Source of the DNA: Candidatus Latescibacterota bacterium
Lineage (GTDB): Bacteria > Latescibacterota > UBA2968
Length of the DNA: 64,000 bases
Reading direction: 5' to 3'
Assembly: GCA_965198115.1 (NCBI GenBank)
Contig: OZ240241.1
Location: 3,072,001-3,136,000, forward strand
Below are positions 9,828-20,438 of this stretch, piece after piece. The translations under genes and the position numbers were made by a program. Below the pieces are notes generated by a model. The model saw only the letters and a program-made list of their open reading frames with translations, was not told where the DNA came from and made no database searches. How positions within the stretch are numbered: the stretch's first letter is position 1; every line of letters starts with the position of its first letter.

Positions 9828-10721
9828 TTACGGCCCGAAGGCCCCTGTGGCCCCACGCCCGGAGGCAACGGCTCGGCGTGCGAGCCGAACCGCAGACGCG
9901 ACCGCTTCCGCCAGCGTGCCTCCATCGGCATACACGCTCAAGAAGGCGGCGTTGAAACAGTCACCCACCGAGTGCGTTCCCTCGACAGGTTCGACCGATT
10001 GCCGGACACGTTCGACCTCCGTCGACACGATCGCCCCCTCGCGCCCCCGCTTCACCGCGACGCACGACGGCCCCCACGCCAACACACGGTCTGAAATCGC
10101 ATCCAGGTCCGATTCCGACGTCACAGCCGCGAGTTCCTCTTCCGTTCCAAGCAGAGTGTCGACCTGACGAACGACATCCTTCAGGGGACTCAGGAAGGGA
10201 TCTCTCGCGAACCAGGGTCCCGGATCGAACGCGACTCTTGCATCCGAGTCGCGCGACGTCGCGAACACCTCACGGAGCGTGTCGAGATCATTCATCCCCA
10301 CCTGCCCGAAACCAGCGGCATAGACCCAGTCGAAATGATCCTCGAGGGCCAGCCTCCACGGGATCGGCGATCCGGTGAAGTAGGCCGAGGACCGGCTGCC
10401 CGACTCATCCACGCCGATCACGTTCACGGGCGTCTCGGCGCCCGCTGACGAACGAATGTTGACGTTCGCTTCGCCCAGCTGTCCCCGTGCAATCCGTCCG
10501 AAAGCGTCCTCACCCAGCGACGTCACGAGCGTCACCGCGTGGCCCAGACGACCGAACACGAAAGCTGCGGCGCCTCCGTCGGCGAGCGCAGCCGTCGGCG
10601 CACGATCCAGAAACCGCACATTGAGATCGGTCCACCGGTCGCCGCCAACCGCCTGTGAAGGTAACGCCCCCTGGATCGTGACATCCACCCCGGCGTTTCC
10701 GAGAACCGCGATCTTCGCCAC
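9828..10721 (-). CDS. PfkB-family carbohydrate kinase
   Basis: LGEDAFG, VAFDPGP, VKRGREGA, VGDCFNAAF. Confidence 0.85.
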   Translation of the reverse strand: MAKIAVLGNAGVDVTIQGALPSQAVGGDRWTDLNVRFLDRAPTAALADGGAAAFVFGRLGHAVTLVTSLGEDAFGRIARGQLGEANVNIRSSAGAETPVNVIGVDESGSRSSAYFTGSPIPWRLALEDHFDWVYAAGFGQVGMNDLDTLREVFATSRDSDARVAFDPGPWFARDPFLSPLKDVVRQVDTLLGTEEELAAVTSESDLDAISDRVLAWGPSCVAVKRGREGAIVSTEVERVRQSVEPVEGTHSVGDCFNAAFLSVYADGGTLAEAVASAVRLARRAVASGRGATGAFGP

Positions 10722-10761
10722 TCAGACTCTGCCCTCGCGAACGATCCGCCCGAGCCTCCTG

Positions 10762-12183
10762 CTACGCGCGATCGTTCGCATAGTCCGGTCCCCCGATCGG
10801 TCCGAGAAGGTCCAGATTCTTCTTCGGCGTGTCCACCGACGCCAGGAAAGTGTCGAGCGCTTTCCTCATGCGACGTGCGACTGCGGCTTCCTTTCTGATC
10901 AGGTTCCGCTTCTGACCGGGGTCCGCCTTGAGGTCGTAGAGCTCGGGCTTCCCGTCCCTCTCGCCATACGCGATGTAACTCCATCGTTTGTCGGTCACGG
11001 TCGGTCCGCCGTTTTGAATAAAGGTCGAGCTGAAGGCGTGCCGTCTGGGCCACCGGGTCTTGCGATTGCGCAGCAACGGCACGAGCGAGTGCCCGTGAAT
11101 ACCCAGGCCCAGGTCTGCCCGTTTCACCTTGCAAAGATCCATCAGCGTCGGCAACAGGTCCACCGATTGCGTGAGTTCAGCTACGCGACGTCCACCCTTC
11201 AGGCCGGGAGCCGCCACCATCAACGGGATGTGTGCCACTTCTTCGTAGAGCGGCCAGATCCGGTCATCATCCGGGTGGATGTTCGATTTACCCGTCCGGT
11301 TGTGTTCGCCCAAAAACATCCCGTGGTCGCTCGTGAACAAGACGATCGTATCGTCGTAGAGCGACAGCTCTTCGATCTTCGCCAGTACGTGCCCGATCCA
11401 TTTGTTCACGAGGTAGAGCTCGGCGGCGTAGTGCGCCTTCAGATTCTTCAACTCCCGCTTCGTGTAAGCCGATGCCGGGCCATAGTTGGGGTGGATCATC
11501 GGCGGGCCGTCATAGCCCGGCCGATCGTAACGCCGAACCAGATACTCCGGCGGGTCCCAGGGCTCGTGCACATCGAAAAAGTCGACCCACAACAGGAAAG
11601 GCTTGACGTCGTGATTCTCCTCGAGCCACCGACTCACCGAGCGCGCCGTTCGCACGCAGAACCGATCCTCTTCCCACGCCCAGTCACGGTTCGTCCACGT
11701 GTGCATCGTCGCCAGGTTGCCCCACTTCGTCCCGCGCATACGTTCGTCGACACGCGTCTTCTCATCCGCGGGAACGACCAACCGGGGCGGCAAGTTCCCC
11801 TTCAGCAGCGGTCGATCCCCCTCCTGGCCCCGAATCCAATGGGCGCCCGTGAAATCTCGATCGAAGTGATGGCCGCGATTCATAAGATGGGGCGTATCGG
11901 CGATCAGCTGGCTCGTGTAGCCCTCGTCGCCAAAGATCGTAATAAGGACGGGCATATCTCGTTCCAACGGCTGCCAGCCGTGGAAGGGGAAGCTGTAGCG
12001 ACCCGTAAATAGGTCTGTGCGGTTCGGGATTGTCGGGAAACTCGACAGGTAGTGGCGGTCGAAACGGACGGCGCGGCTGGCGAAGCGATCGAGCGCGTCC
12101 GTCCCGATCCATCGGTTCCCGTTGACTCCGAGGTAGTCGTATCGAAACGTGTCGCTGACAAGCACAATGATATTCAAATCCAA
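10762..12183 (-). CDS. Sulfatase-like hydrolase (alkaline phosphatase superfamily) with non-canonical TxPxR motif
   Basis: SDTFRYD, FPTIPNR, FDVHEPWDPP, TSDHG, ELYDLKADP. Confidence 0.85.
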   Translation of the reverse strand: MDLNIIVLVSDTFRYDYLGVNGNRWIGTDALDRFASRAVRFDRHYLSSFPTIPNRTDLFTGRYSFPFHGWQPLERDMPVLITIFGDEGYTSQLIADTPHLMNRGHHFDRDFTGAHWIRGQEGDRPLLKGNLPPRLVVPADEKTRVDERMRGTKWGNLATMHTWTNRDWAWEEDRFCVRTARSVSRWLEENHDVKPFLLWVDFFDVHEPWDPPEYLVRRYDRPGYDGPPMIHPNYGPASAYTKRELKNLKAHYAAELYLVNKWIGHVLAKIEELSLYDDTIVLFTSDHGMFLGEHNRTGKSNIHPDDDRIWPLYEEVAHIPLMVAAPGLKGGRRVAELTQSVDLLPTLMDLCKVKRADLGLGIHGHSLVPLLRNRKTRWPRRHAFSSTFIQNGGPTVTDKRWSYIAYGERDGKPELYDLKADPGQKRNLIRKEAAVARRMRKALDTFLASVDTPKKNLDLLGPIGGPDYANDRA

Positions 12184-12378
12184 CCTCGCTCACTTGTAAC
12201 TGTGAGGACTATGGTTTCGACGTCATGTTTCGGCGGTTGATCCAGGATGCGGGTAAGCTTGCGGCCCGGGTTGAGGTGTTCGGTGCTTGGGGAAAGTGGG
12301 TCCATACACAAAGCCGAACACCTCAGGCGGCATCCTGGTCGATGTCCTTATTCCCTTCGAGACTTCGTGTCTTCGTGG

Positions 12379-13634
12379 TTAAAGCCCGTAGTGCTCGTTG
12401 ATGGGGCGCTGGTAGTCGTCGACATCGCCATTCAGCACTTCGGCGACCGTAACTTCCCGTCTGATGAGGCCCGATTCGAGGATGGCGTAGGCGAGGGCCA
12501 GGTCGATCGTTCCTTCGTCGCCAGACATTTTGGGACGTCGTCCCTGATCGATGGCCTGGAGCCAGCGAGTTGTTCGAGCGCGTAGGCATCCGTCACGCCG
12601 TTCGGAAACGCCGTATCGTAAGCTTCCCGATCGTTCGACCTCATTCGTCCGACGGCTGATCCGAATTGCCCTTCATCCGTGTAGTAGTTGCCGTCGGAAA
12701 GGGCGCCGCGTGAACCCCAGACGTTCGTCCCCCCCGGCACTCCAATCCGCCGGCCGTGTGCGCTGCGAGCGACCGCTGCGTGCCCCAAAGCTCCGTTCTC
12801 CAACCTGAAGTTTGCGAAAAACGCGTCGTCCACCTCGTTCGGCACCTCTTCCGCCACGGCCGAATCGTCATCGGTCAACAGTACGCGAGTGGGCTCCAGT
12901 ACGCGCCACGTGGCTCCGACGGTTGCGACAGGTCCACAAATGTGGCGAATCCCGTTGAAAAGGTGCACGCCCAGGTCGATCGACACCCCGCCTCCGGCGC
13001 CGAGTCTCGAATGCCTCCACGGCGTACGCGCCGTCGCCAGATCGGGCCGGTGTGAGGGGAATCCGATGATCCCGCGAAAGATCATCTGAACGTCACCGAT
13101 CAGACCTTGCTCGACGATCCACGTAGCCGCTCGTGTTCCCGAGCTGAAATAGACATTCTCGTCGACCGATAGGACGCAGTTCGTCTCTTCGGCGACATCG
13201 CACATCTGCTGTGCCGCCTTCACCGTGATTGCCATCGCCTTTTCGACAGCCACGTGCTTTCCCGCGCGCATTGCGTTGATCGCGATCGTATGGTGGTTGT
13301 CGTGCCCTGTGTAGACGACCACCGCGTCGATCGGCCCCTCCTCGAGCATCGTGCGGTAGTCGGTATAGATGGCAGGTGGCGATCCTGGGTGCAGATCGTC
13401 ATCGATGTACATCTGCGGCGCGTTCAGCGGATCACCGGGCGTCTCGATCGGATCGGGACGCGGACCGGGCCCTTCGCCCCGCTTCCTGAACCTGTGCGCA
13501 TCCTCTTCTTTCCGCGCGCAGAGCGCCGTAATCTCGAACAGGTCACCGAAACCGGCATCCTGCAGAATCTTGAATCCACGGAGATGTGCGTTCAGAATCC
13601 GCGCACACCCGATCACACCGATCCTTATGGCCAT
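12379..13634 (-). CDS. Gfo/Idh/MocA oxidoreductase; 1-nt frameshift near 12563 (probable sequence error)
   Basis: IGVIGCARI, HVAVEKAM, DLGVH. Adding one C (CTGG to CCTGG) restores ...EQLAWLQAIDQG...RPINEHYGL* ending at 12379. Confidence 0.8.
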
Positions 13635-13784
13635 ATCATCATCATTTGTCGATTGTCAATGGTGTCAGTGAACCGCGCCTTGATGCCTCGACACTCGGCT
13701 TCGCCCAACTGGTCGTTTCCCGGGCAGGAGCCCCGGTCCTGCACCAATGGGCGCAACAACACCGCTTTGGTCATTGGTCAACGA

Positions 13785-14765
13785 CTAGGTCCACCCCGGC
13801 GTCGTGATCGTATCCGCAATCGGCAGCGCCCGCGAGAGCTCCTCCTCGGACAGCGCATCGATGTCCGAGGCTGCCACGTTGTGCTCGATCTGTTCCCGAT
13901 TCTTCGCCCCCGCAATCGCGCACGACACGCCGGGATGGTCGAGCACGAACCGCAGTGCGGTCTGCACCATCGATCGCCGTTCCGTCTGAAGAAACGCCAA
14001 CTCGGGCAGACGCTTCAGACCGTCGATCGTCTCCTGCCGCTGGAAGCGCTCGTAACGCACGTCTTCGCTGGGCAAGGTCGCCGCGTTCTCACCGAAGTAT
14101 TTACCCGTCAGCATGCCCTTGGCCAAAGGAACTCTTATCAACGTGCCGATACCCTGCGATTTCGCCCAATGCAACAGGGCGTCGGCATCGCGTTCCAGGA
14201 GATTGTATCCGATCTGAAGAACCTCGACGGGTCCCAGCACCTGCAGTTGTTCGATGGCCCTCTGGTTGTTCGTAGAGATGCCGTACCATCGAACCTTGCC
14301 CTCGGCTTTCAACGCGGCCAATGTTTCCATCACCGTCGGCATCGCCCATTCGTAGGGAATGGCGTGCAGCTGATACAGATCGATCGCATCCATCTCCAAA
14401 CGCCTTAAACTGTCTTCACAAGCCCCACGGATCCGTCGGCGAACCGCTGTTTCGTCGTGTCCCTCTTCGTCGATACCACTATTGGGTTGCACCTTCGTAG
14501 CCACAATCCACTTGTCGCGACGCCCCTTGAGCGCCTTTCCCGTCACGATTTCGCTATGGCCGTCGCCGTATCCTTCGGCCGAGTCGATCAGGTTGACACC
14601 CAGTTCTTCCGCGCGATGGATCAGTGCGATCGACTCCTCATCCGTCACACCGGTCCAGCCCGATCGCGACCCATCCCGCTGTTCCCATACACCAGAGATC
14701 GGGAACGCGCCGATCCCGATCTCGCTCACCTTCAAACTCGTGTCGCCGAACGCCCGGTAGTTCAT
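13785..14765 (-). CDS. Aldo/keto reductase
   Basis: DSAEGYGDGHSE, VATKV, IDLYQLH, YNLLER, PLAKGMLTG. Confidence 0.9.
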   Translation of the reverse strand: MNYRAFGDTSLKVSEIGIGAFPISGVWEQRDGSRSGWTGVTDEESIALIHRAEELGVNLIDSAEGYGDGHSEIVTGKALKGRRDKWIVATKVQPNSGIDEEGHDETAVRRRIRGACEDSLRRLEMDAIDLYQLHAIPYEWAMPTVMETLAALKAEGKVRWYGISTNNQRAIEQLQVLGPVEVLQIGYNLLERDADALLHWAKSQGIGTLIRVPLAKGMLTGKYFGENAATLPSEDVRYERFQRQETIDGLKRLPELAFLQTERRSMVQTALRFVLDHPGVSCAIAGAKNREQIEHNVAASDIDALSEEELSRALPIADTITTPGWT

Positions 14766-14787
14766 GTCTGACACCTTCTCGGTTAGG

Positions 14788-16329
14788 CTACGCTTCGATC
14801 GATTCACCCGGCCCGAGCGATTCCTTCCTCGGCGCTTCGCCCGGTCCGTGCCACGAAAAAGCCACGGGTTCATCCCCGCCGTTGTAGAAACGCGTCACTC
14901 CGCCATCCCGGTAGAGTGACAGCACCGTGTCCGGCAGCCGATATCGCTTCTGATCATCCCGCACGTGAAGGGCGGCCGTCACTTCACCTTTGATCTCCCG
15001 GGTACCGAGGAGCAACGGGCCATAGCACCCGGTCACCGCGCCCCAACCCCAGTTGCGTCCGTGGCCTGCAGCAATCGAGCAGATCGCACCACCCATGTCA
15101 GCGTGTTCGCGGCCGCCCCGCAACACCCGCCTGGCGATTGTCAGCTTTCTCTCGGCCTGATCAAACGCCCGTGCCGCGAAGGAGACCTCCCCCGTCACCT
15201 GATACGCAAGTGTGAGCGCGGCCGTACTCGGTTGGTTCGTCGCGATCGTATTGCCCGTGTCGTCGTCCCACTCGCCCCAGAATGTCTGATCCGCCCGCTT
15301 GCCTACCCCCATCCACGTTCGCTTCCGAATCTCGGGGAAGACCATCGCCAGCTCACCCGATGAGGGTTCGGGGAACGACTTCACCTTCTCCCGTATTGTC
15401 TCGTCGTACGTCGCGTCATCGAAGGCCGAGCGGTAATAGGAGATCGCAGCAGCACCGGGGTCTCCGTAGGGATCGTGAAGTTGATCGATCAGAGGCTCGA
15501 CAATGCGCCGCGCCGCATTCCGGAAGACCTCCTCTCGGTTCTCCGCGAATAGATCACCCAAAACGTAAATGGCGCCGGAAGCGAGCAGACACTCCACACC
15601 GATGAGAGGATCGCCCGGGACGTGGTGTCCGTGCTGAGCTGCCTTCCGCTGGTTCTCGGTCGCCTGCGGAGGCATCACAGGCTCGCCCTGTGGGCCCCAC
15701 GCGATCGGCAGGGGACCCTCTGGAACATCGCAAATCATCTTCGCTCTGCGCTGACCATATCGCACCGCCCACTCCACGTACTTCTGATCACCCAGCACCC
15801 GGTGTGCCGCCAGCGCGATATGGATGAATCGAAAGTGCTCCGCGATCTCCTTGACTTCGTCCAGATCGCGGTCGACGGTTTCGGTCCCGATGTCGTAGCC
15901 CCAGAATCGGTTCCGGTCCCAATCGAACCAATCTGGAATGCCCTCGACCCAGTTGCCGATGTGGTGTGCGGCATCTTCGAGCAGTGCAGTCGCTTTCTGA
16001 TCGTCGGGGAACAGACCGATGTAGCGCGGGAGGAATAGCAGAAACGGCTCAGTGCCGTGATGAGCTTCCGCCACCCCCTCATAGCCGTGGTGGCAGTCGC
16101 GCTCGACCCAACCTGCGAGCTGGTCTCTCAGATAGCAGAAGTGCTCGGCAACACCCTCACTGCGCGTCACGAGGTAGTGCGGAAACCACGCCAGCGAGTA
16201 GTTCGCCTCATCCTCCCCCCCGCCGTGTTTACTCGGGGGATCCATACGCCGGCTCTGGTCGAGCCAGCGCTCCATTTCGTCGCGGAGTTTGGAGGCGCTC
16301 TCGTAGGCGCTTTTCAGGTCGCTGCTCAT
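14788..16329 (-). CDS. Hypothetical 513-aa protein, possibly an alpha/alpha-toroid carbohydrate-active enzyme
   Basis: Long ORF within a co-oriented run; helical and rich in W/H/E; no family recognised. Confidence 0.7.
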   Translation of the reverse strand: MSSDLKSAYESASKLRDEMERWLDQSRRMDPPSKHGGGEDEANYSLAWFPHYLVTRSEGVAEHFCYLRDQLAGWVERDCHHGYEGVAEAHHGTEPFLLFLPRYIGLFPDDQKATALLEDAAHHIGNWVEGIPDWFDWDRNRFWGYDIGTETVDRDLDEVKEIAEHFRFIHIALAAHRVLGDQKYVEWAVRYGQRRAKMICDVPEGPLPIAWGPQGEPVMPPQATENQRKAAQHGHHVPGDPLIGVECLLASGAIYVLGDLFAENREEVFRNAARRIVEPLIDQLHDPYGDPGAAAISYYRSAFDDATYDETIREKVKSFPEPSSGELAMVFPEIRKRTWMGVGKRADQTFWGEWDDDTGNTIATNQPSTAALTLAYQVTGEVSFAARAFDQAERKLTIARRVLRGGREHADMGGAICSIAAGHGRNWGWGAVTGCYGPLLLGTREIKGEVTAALHVRDDQKRYRLPDTVLSLYRDGGVTRFYNGGDEPVAFSWHGPGEAPRKESLGPGESIEA

Positions 16330-16572
16330 TCGGTAATCCGTTTAACCAAGGCGTCCCCGTGCAGAGCACCACTGCCAATAGGTTTAGCTCTGTCGGATGC
16401 AGCTACGCGTCCCTGTGCAAAGCCTTCGACTACGCTCAGGGCAGGCTCCGGGACGAGCACCACGTGTTTGTTCTATTAGGAATGTAGAAGGCGATACGCT
16501 CGCCCTCGTGCTCAAGCACGAGGGCGGTATGCGGCTGTCTTGATGGTCCTCAGGCTACGCCTGGGAATGCGA

Positions 16573-17898
16573 CTAACCGATCGCTCTCAACCCTGTCACA
16601 ATCGCATTGCCTACTGTGTCGGCTTGTTCTTCCGTCAGGATGAGCGGGGGCGCAAGATGATAGACACTTTCGGGGCCTGCCATCGCGTGACTCATCTTAC
16701 CCACGATGACGCCTGCATCACGCACTGCTTTTCCGAACGCTCCAGATCTTTCGGCGTCGAGCATCGCACCGTACTCGTCCTGAAGCTCGATCGCGATCAT
16801 CAGACCCTTGCCACGGACTTCCTTGACGTATTGTGAATCGATCGACTGCAATCGCTCCAGGAGGTAGGTGCCGATTTTCTCCGAATTCTCCCACAACCGC
16901 TCACGTACGACAATGTCGACCGCTACGAGCGCCGCAGCGCAGCACGCGGGATGGCCGCCATAGGTCGACACCTGAGAGAATTCGACTTCGTCTGCCGCGT
17001 CGCCCTTGAATGCGTCGAAGACCTCATCCGTCACCGCACAGGCCCCGATCGGCAAGTAGCCGCTCGAAAGTCCCTTCGCGATCGTCATCATATCCGGAAC
17101 CACACCCCAATGTTCACAGGCGAACATCTTCCCCGTTCGTCCGAAACCGGTAATGACCTCGTCGAGAATGAGCAACACGCCGTAGTGATCGCAGATTTCG
17201 CGTATACGCGGGAAATAATCGTCCGGAGGCACCAGGACGCCACCGCCTCCGATGACGGGCTCGGCGATCACAGCCGCCACCGTGTCGGGGCTCTCTCGTT
17301 CGATCACCTTGGCGATATCATCGGGTCCGTGGGTCGGGGGCGGCTCCACGTGGACAAACCCCGGCACGAGCGGCTCGAACATCCGTTTGCGTCCGACCTG
17401 ACCGGTCGCGGATGCGGCCCCCATCGTGAAACCGTGATAACCCTGGTATCGAGCGATGATCTTGTGACGATTCTCACCGGGATGCCGTTGTCTTCCACAC
17501 TGTCGCGCGGCCTTGAGGGCGGTTTCGTTGGCCTCGGATCCGCTGTTGACGAAGAAAAACCGATTCAGGTCCCCCGGTAACAGCTCCGCCAGTTTCGCTG
17601 CGAGCTGTGCGGCCGGCGCAACGATCTGCGTCTGAGGATAGGAGGCCAGACGTTGCATCTGGTCGGTCACGGCATCGACGATTTCCTGACGACCGTAGCC
17701 GACGTTCACGTTCCAGATCCCGGCATACGCATCCAGATACTCGCGTCCGTCAGCATCCTTGAGCATCGCACCAGAACCTTCGACGATGACGAGCAGATCC
17801 TCGGGACCGATCGACTCGTGCTGCACCATCGGGTGCCACACGTGTGCACGGTCGTGTGCTCGAATCTCTTTCGTATCCATCGTTGCACTGTCTGCCAT
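16573..17898 (-). CDS. Class III PLP aminotransferase (omega-amino acid type)
   Basis: [49 protein letters not shown]. Confidence 0.92.
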   Translation of the reverse strand: MADSATMDTKEIRAHDRAHVWHPMVQHESIGPEDLLVIVEGSGAMLKDADGREYLDAYAGIWNVNVGYGRQEIVDAVTDQMQRLASYPQTQIVAPAAQLAAKLAELLPGDLNRFFFVNSGSEANETALKAARQCGRQRHPGENRHKIIARYQGYHGFTMGAASATGQVGRKRMFEPLVPGFVHVEPPPTHGPDDIAKVIERESPDTVAAVIAEPVIGGGGVLVPPDDYFPRIREICDHYGVLLILDEVITGFGRTGKMFACEHWGVVPDMMTIAKGLSSGYLPIGACAVTDEVFDAFKGDAADEVEFSQVSTYGGHPACCAAALVAVDIVVRERLWENSEKIGTYLLERLQSIDSQYVKEVRGKGLMIAIELQDEYGAMLDAERSGAFGKAVRDAGVIVGKMSHAMAGPESVYHLAPPLILTEEQADTVGNAIVTGLRAIG

Positions 17899-17999
17899 GA
17901 CGGTCCTTTCGCAAAAACCTTGACGCTCCCGAAGGGCAACACCTTCTTTGTTACCCGCTGAAAGGTGCGAGAAGTGGGATTTTTCCCCTTTCGCGCGGC

Positions 18000-18028
18000 A
18001 TCATACCGCTTTAAAAAAGTGAAGTCAA
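18000..18028 (-). promoter_or_regulatory. Putative sigma70 promoter for the aminotransferase
   Basis: TTGACT-N17-TATGAT on the minus strand. Confidence 0.55.
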
Positions 18029-18077
18029 GTCACCGGCCCCGACCTGATCGAGCGGGGCCATTTTCGCGGGGTTCACA

Positions 18078-19115
18078 ATGTCAGAAGATCAACGCGTCGA
18101 TGCAGACGCCTTGGAAACGTTTACACGACAAGTGTTCGAAAAGGCCGGTCTGCCACCCGAAGACGCGGCGGTGGAAGCCGAAGTCCTCGTTTGGGCAAAC
18201 CTGCGCGGCGTCGACTCGCACGGTGTGCAGCGGATTCCGAGCTACCTCGATATGATCGAGAGCGGAGGGATGAACCCAACGCCGGACATCAAGACCATTA
18301 AGGAATCCCCCGCTCTCCTCTTTGTGGATGCGGACCGGGCAATGGGCCCCGTCGTAACGGTCAAAGCGATGAATGCGGTGATCGAGAAAGCCAAAAACGT
18401 CGGCATCGGCTGGGCCCTGATCAGGAAGGTGACCCACCAGGGTGCGATGGGCTACTACGCGGAGATGGCGGCGACTCAGGGACTCGCGGGCATCGCGATC
18501 GTATGCAGCCCCCCCAACATGGCCCCCTTTGGTGCGAAGGCCGCGGGTGTCCACAACAGCCCGATCGCCTTCTCCTTCCCAGCGGGAAAGCGCAAGCACG
18601 TCACGCTCGATATGGCCACGAGCATCGCGGCTGGTGGCAAACTGAGCGTGGCCGCCGACAAGCGCGTCCCGATTCCCGACACGTGGGCCCTGGATGCCGA
18701 GGGCCGTCCCACCACAGACCCCAGCACTGCCTCCGTCCTGATGCCGGCAGGTGGGCCAAAGGGATCCGGTCTGGCCCTCATATTCCAGTGTCTGACGAGC
18801 CAGATGGCGAACAACCCGCTTGTTGTCCCGGCCCTTCGCGGGGAGAAGGGACTCCACAACCAGAACAGCGTCGTCGCCGCGGTCGACATCAGCTTTTTCA
18901 CGGACGTCGACGAGTATCGCACACAGCTCGACGACCTTGTAGACGAGATCAAGAAGCTTCCTCGCGCCGACGGCGTCGACGAGATCTTCACGCCAGGCGA
19001 GCCCGAGCAGCGGATGTTCGAAGATCGTTCGGCAAACGGTATCCCGCTCCCACCCGGGACCGTCGAAAAGCTTCGATCTTCCGCCAAACAGCTCGACTTG
19101 ACATCGCCCGTCTGA
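18078..19115 (+). CDS. Ldh_2-family dehydrogenase (type 2 malate/lactate/ureidoglycolate/sulfolactate-like)
   Basis: RGVDSHG, HQGAMGYY, DMATS, GGPKGSGL, PGEPE. Confidence 0.9.
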   Translation: MSEDQRVDADALETFTRQVFEKAGLPPEDAAVEAEVLVWANLRGVDSHGVQRIPSYLDMIESGGMNPTPDIKTIKESPALLFVDADRAMGPVVTVKAMNAVIEKAKNVGIGWALIRKVTHQGAMGYYAEMAATQGLAGIAIVCSPPNMAPFGAKAAGVHNSPIAFSFPAGKRKHVTLDMATSIAAGGKLSVAADKRVPIPDTWALDAEGRPTTDPSTASVLMPAGGPKGSGLALIFQCLTSQMANNPLVVPALRGEKGLHNQNSVVAAVDISFFTDVDEYRTQLDDLVDEIKKLPRADGVDEIFTPGEPEQRMFEDRSANGIPLPPGTVEKLRSSAKQLDLTSPV

Positions 19116-19118
19116 TCG

Positions 19119-20438
19119 TTGTCCAACCCAGAACACCACACCGTAACGATCGTCGGCGGCGGACCGGCAGGGCTGCCGTTGGCCGTCATCCTCGGGGGCC
19201 TGTGGCCGGTCTACCGCGGAAGCGAGCTGTTCAAACAGCGCTACGGTCCATTCCACGACTTCCTGGCCCGGCACGATGACACACTCCTGGCACTGGATTT
19301 CCGCGAAATCGTCGACAAAGGCATCGCGCCGGTCGACCTGTTTCGGCTTCTCCATCATCCCGGGAAAAAGTTCAGATCTCTCGAGCAGATTGCATACACC
19401 TTCGAGGAGAAAGACCCGCTCGACTATGTCCTCATCACACGAGAAAAAATAGGGGGCCTCTGGAACAACGTTCCTCACAACCTTCTGACCCTTTCTCCGG
19501 GTCAGTGGATGGAATTCGGATTTTACCCCCTTCGACAGTGGGCTGACGAAAACGACATCGACTTCGACGTCAACGCACTCATCGTCAGACACCGCCTCCT
19601 CGATTATTACCACAGCATTCCCGAGCGGTTCGGACTGACCGATCGAATCCGGACACACGAAAACGTCGAAGCGATCGAACCGCACGAACGTGGCTTCCTG
19701 GTCACCACCAAGGAACTCGAAACCGGTGAGCAACGGACCTACACCAGCGAGTTTCTGGTCTACGCTGCGGGCCAACGATGCATCCTCAGAAAGCTGAAGG
19801 CGCCCGGAGCCGATCTGCCCTTCGTCACACACCGCTATGACAGACCGGAGGATTTCCCCGGCCATCGTGCGATGGTCGTCGGGGGTGGTCGATCGGCCGA
19901 TTGGGCGGCAACCGAACTCTTCGACGCAGGAAGAGACGTCACCTACGTTCAGCGACAGTCGGAGGCCCGACATCTTCCCCTGATACGCGACAGCTTTCAC
20001 CTGCCGTATTACGTACGCATTGCGGAAATAATGCAGACACCCTCCGAACGCTGGCGTCTGCATTACGAAACCCAAATCATTCGCATCGAGCAGAACGAAT
20101 CGAGGGGACGCGTTCACCTCCGCACGAAGGGCGAGGAACGCACGGTCGACGTCGACCACGTCATCCTCGAAATCGGGGGCATCGCCGACTACAGTCTGTT
20201 CCACGGTTTTCCCGAATTGAGCCTGCTCGACAAATACGACGACTATCGTTTCCAGTTGAAGCAGATGCGCGTGCACCCGCACAGCTACGAATCGATCGAC
20301 GTGCCGAATCTCTACGCGGGAGGATACCTGGCGGAGGGGATCGGCCTTGTTATCTACGCGATGCACGGCACGACGTATGCCATCGCCGCAGACATCTTGC
20401 AAAAACAAGGCCTGGTGGAATGCAAAATGCATAAGTGA
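19119..20438 (+). CDS. FAD/NAD(P)-dependent oxidoreductase resembling eukaryotic OSGIN1/2
   Basis: IVGGGPAGL, GGLWNNVPHNLLTLSPGQWM, VVGGGRSAD, NLYAGG. Confidence 0.8.
   Translation: MSNPEHHTVTIVGGGPAGLPLAVILGGLWPVYRGSELFKQRYGPFHDFLARHDDTLLALDFREIVDKGIAPVDLFRLLHHPGKKFRSLEQIAYTFEEKDPLDYVLITREKIGGLWNNVPHNLLTLSPGQWMEFGFYPLRQWADENDIDFDVNALIVRHRLLDYYHSIPERFGLTDRIRTHENVEAIEPHERGFLVTTKELETGEQRTYTSEFLVYAAGQRCILRKLKAPGADLPFVTHRYDRPEDFPGHRAMVVGGGRSADWAATELFDAGRDVTYVQRQSEARHLPLIRDSFHLPYYVRIAEIMQTPSERWRLHYETQIIRIEQNESRGRVHLRTKGEERTVDVDHVILEIGGIADYSLFHGFPELSLLDKYDDYRFQLKQMRVHPHSYESIDVPNLYAGGYLAEGIGLVIYAMHGTTYAIAADILQKQGLVECKMHK

Noticed and set aside
17899-17999. Riboswitch in the aminotransferase leader
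   Set aside because: No recognisable aptamer consensus.
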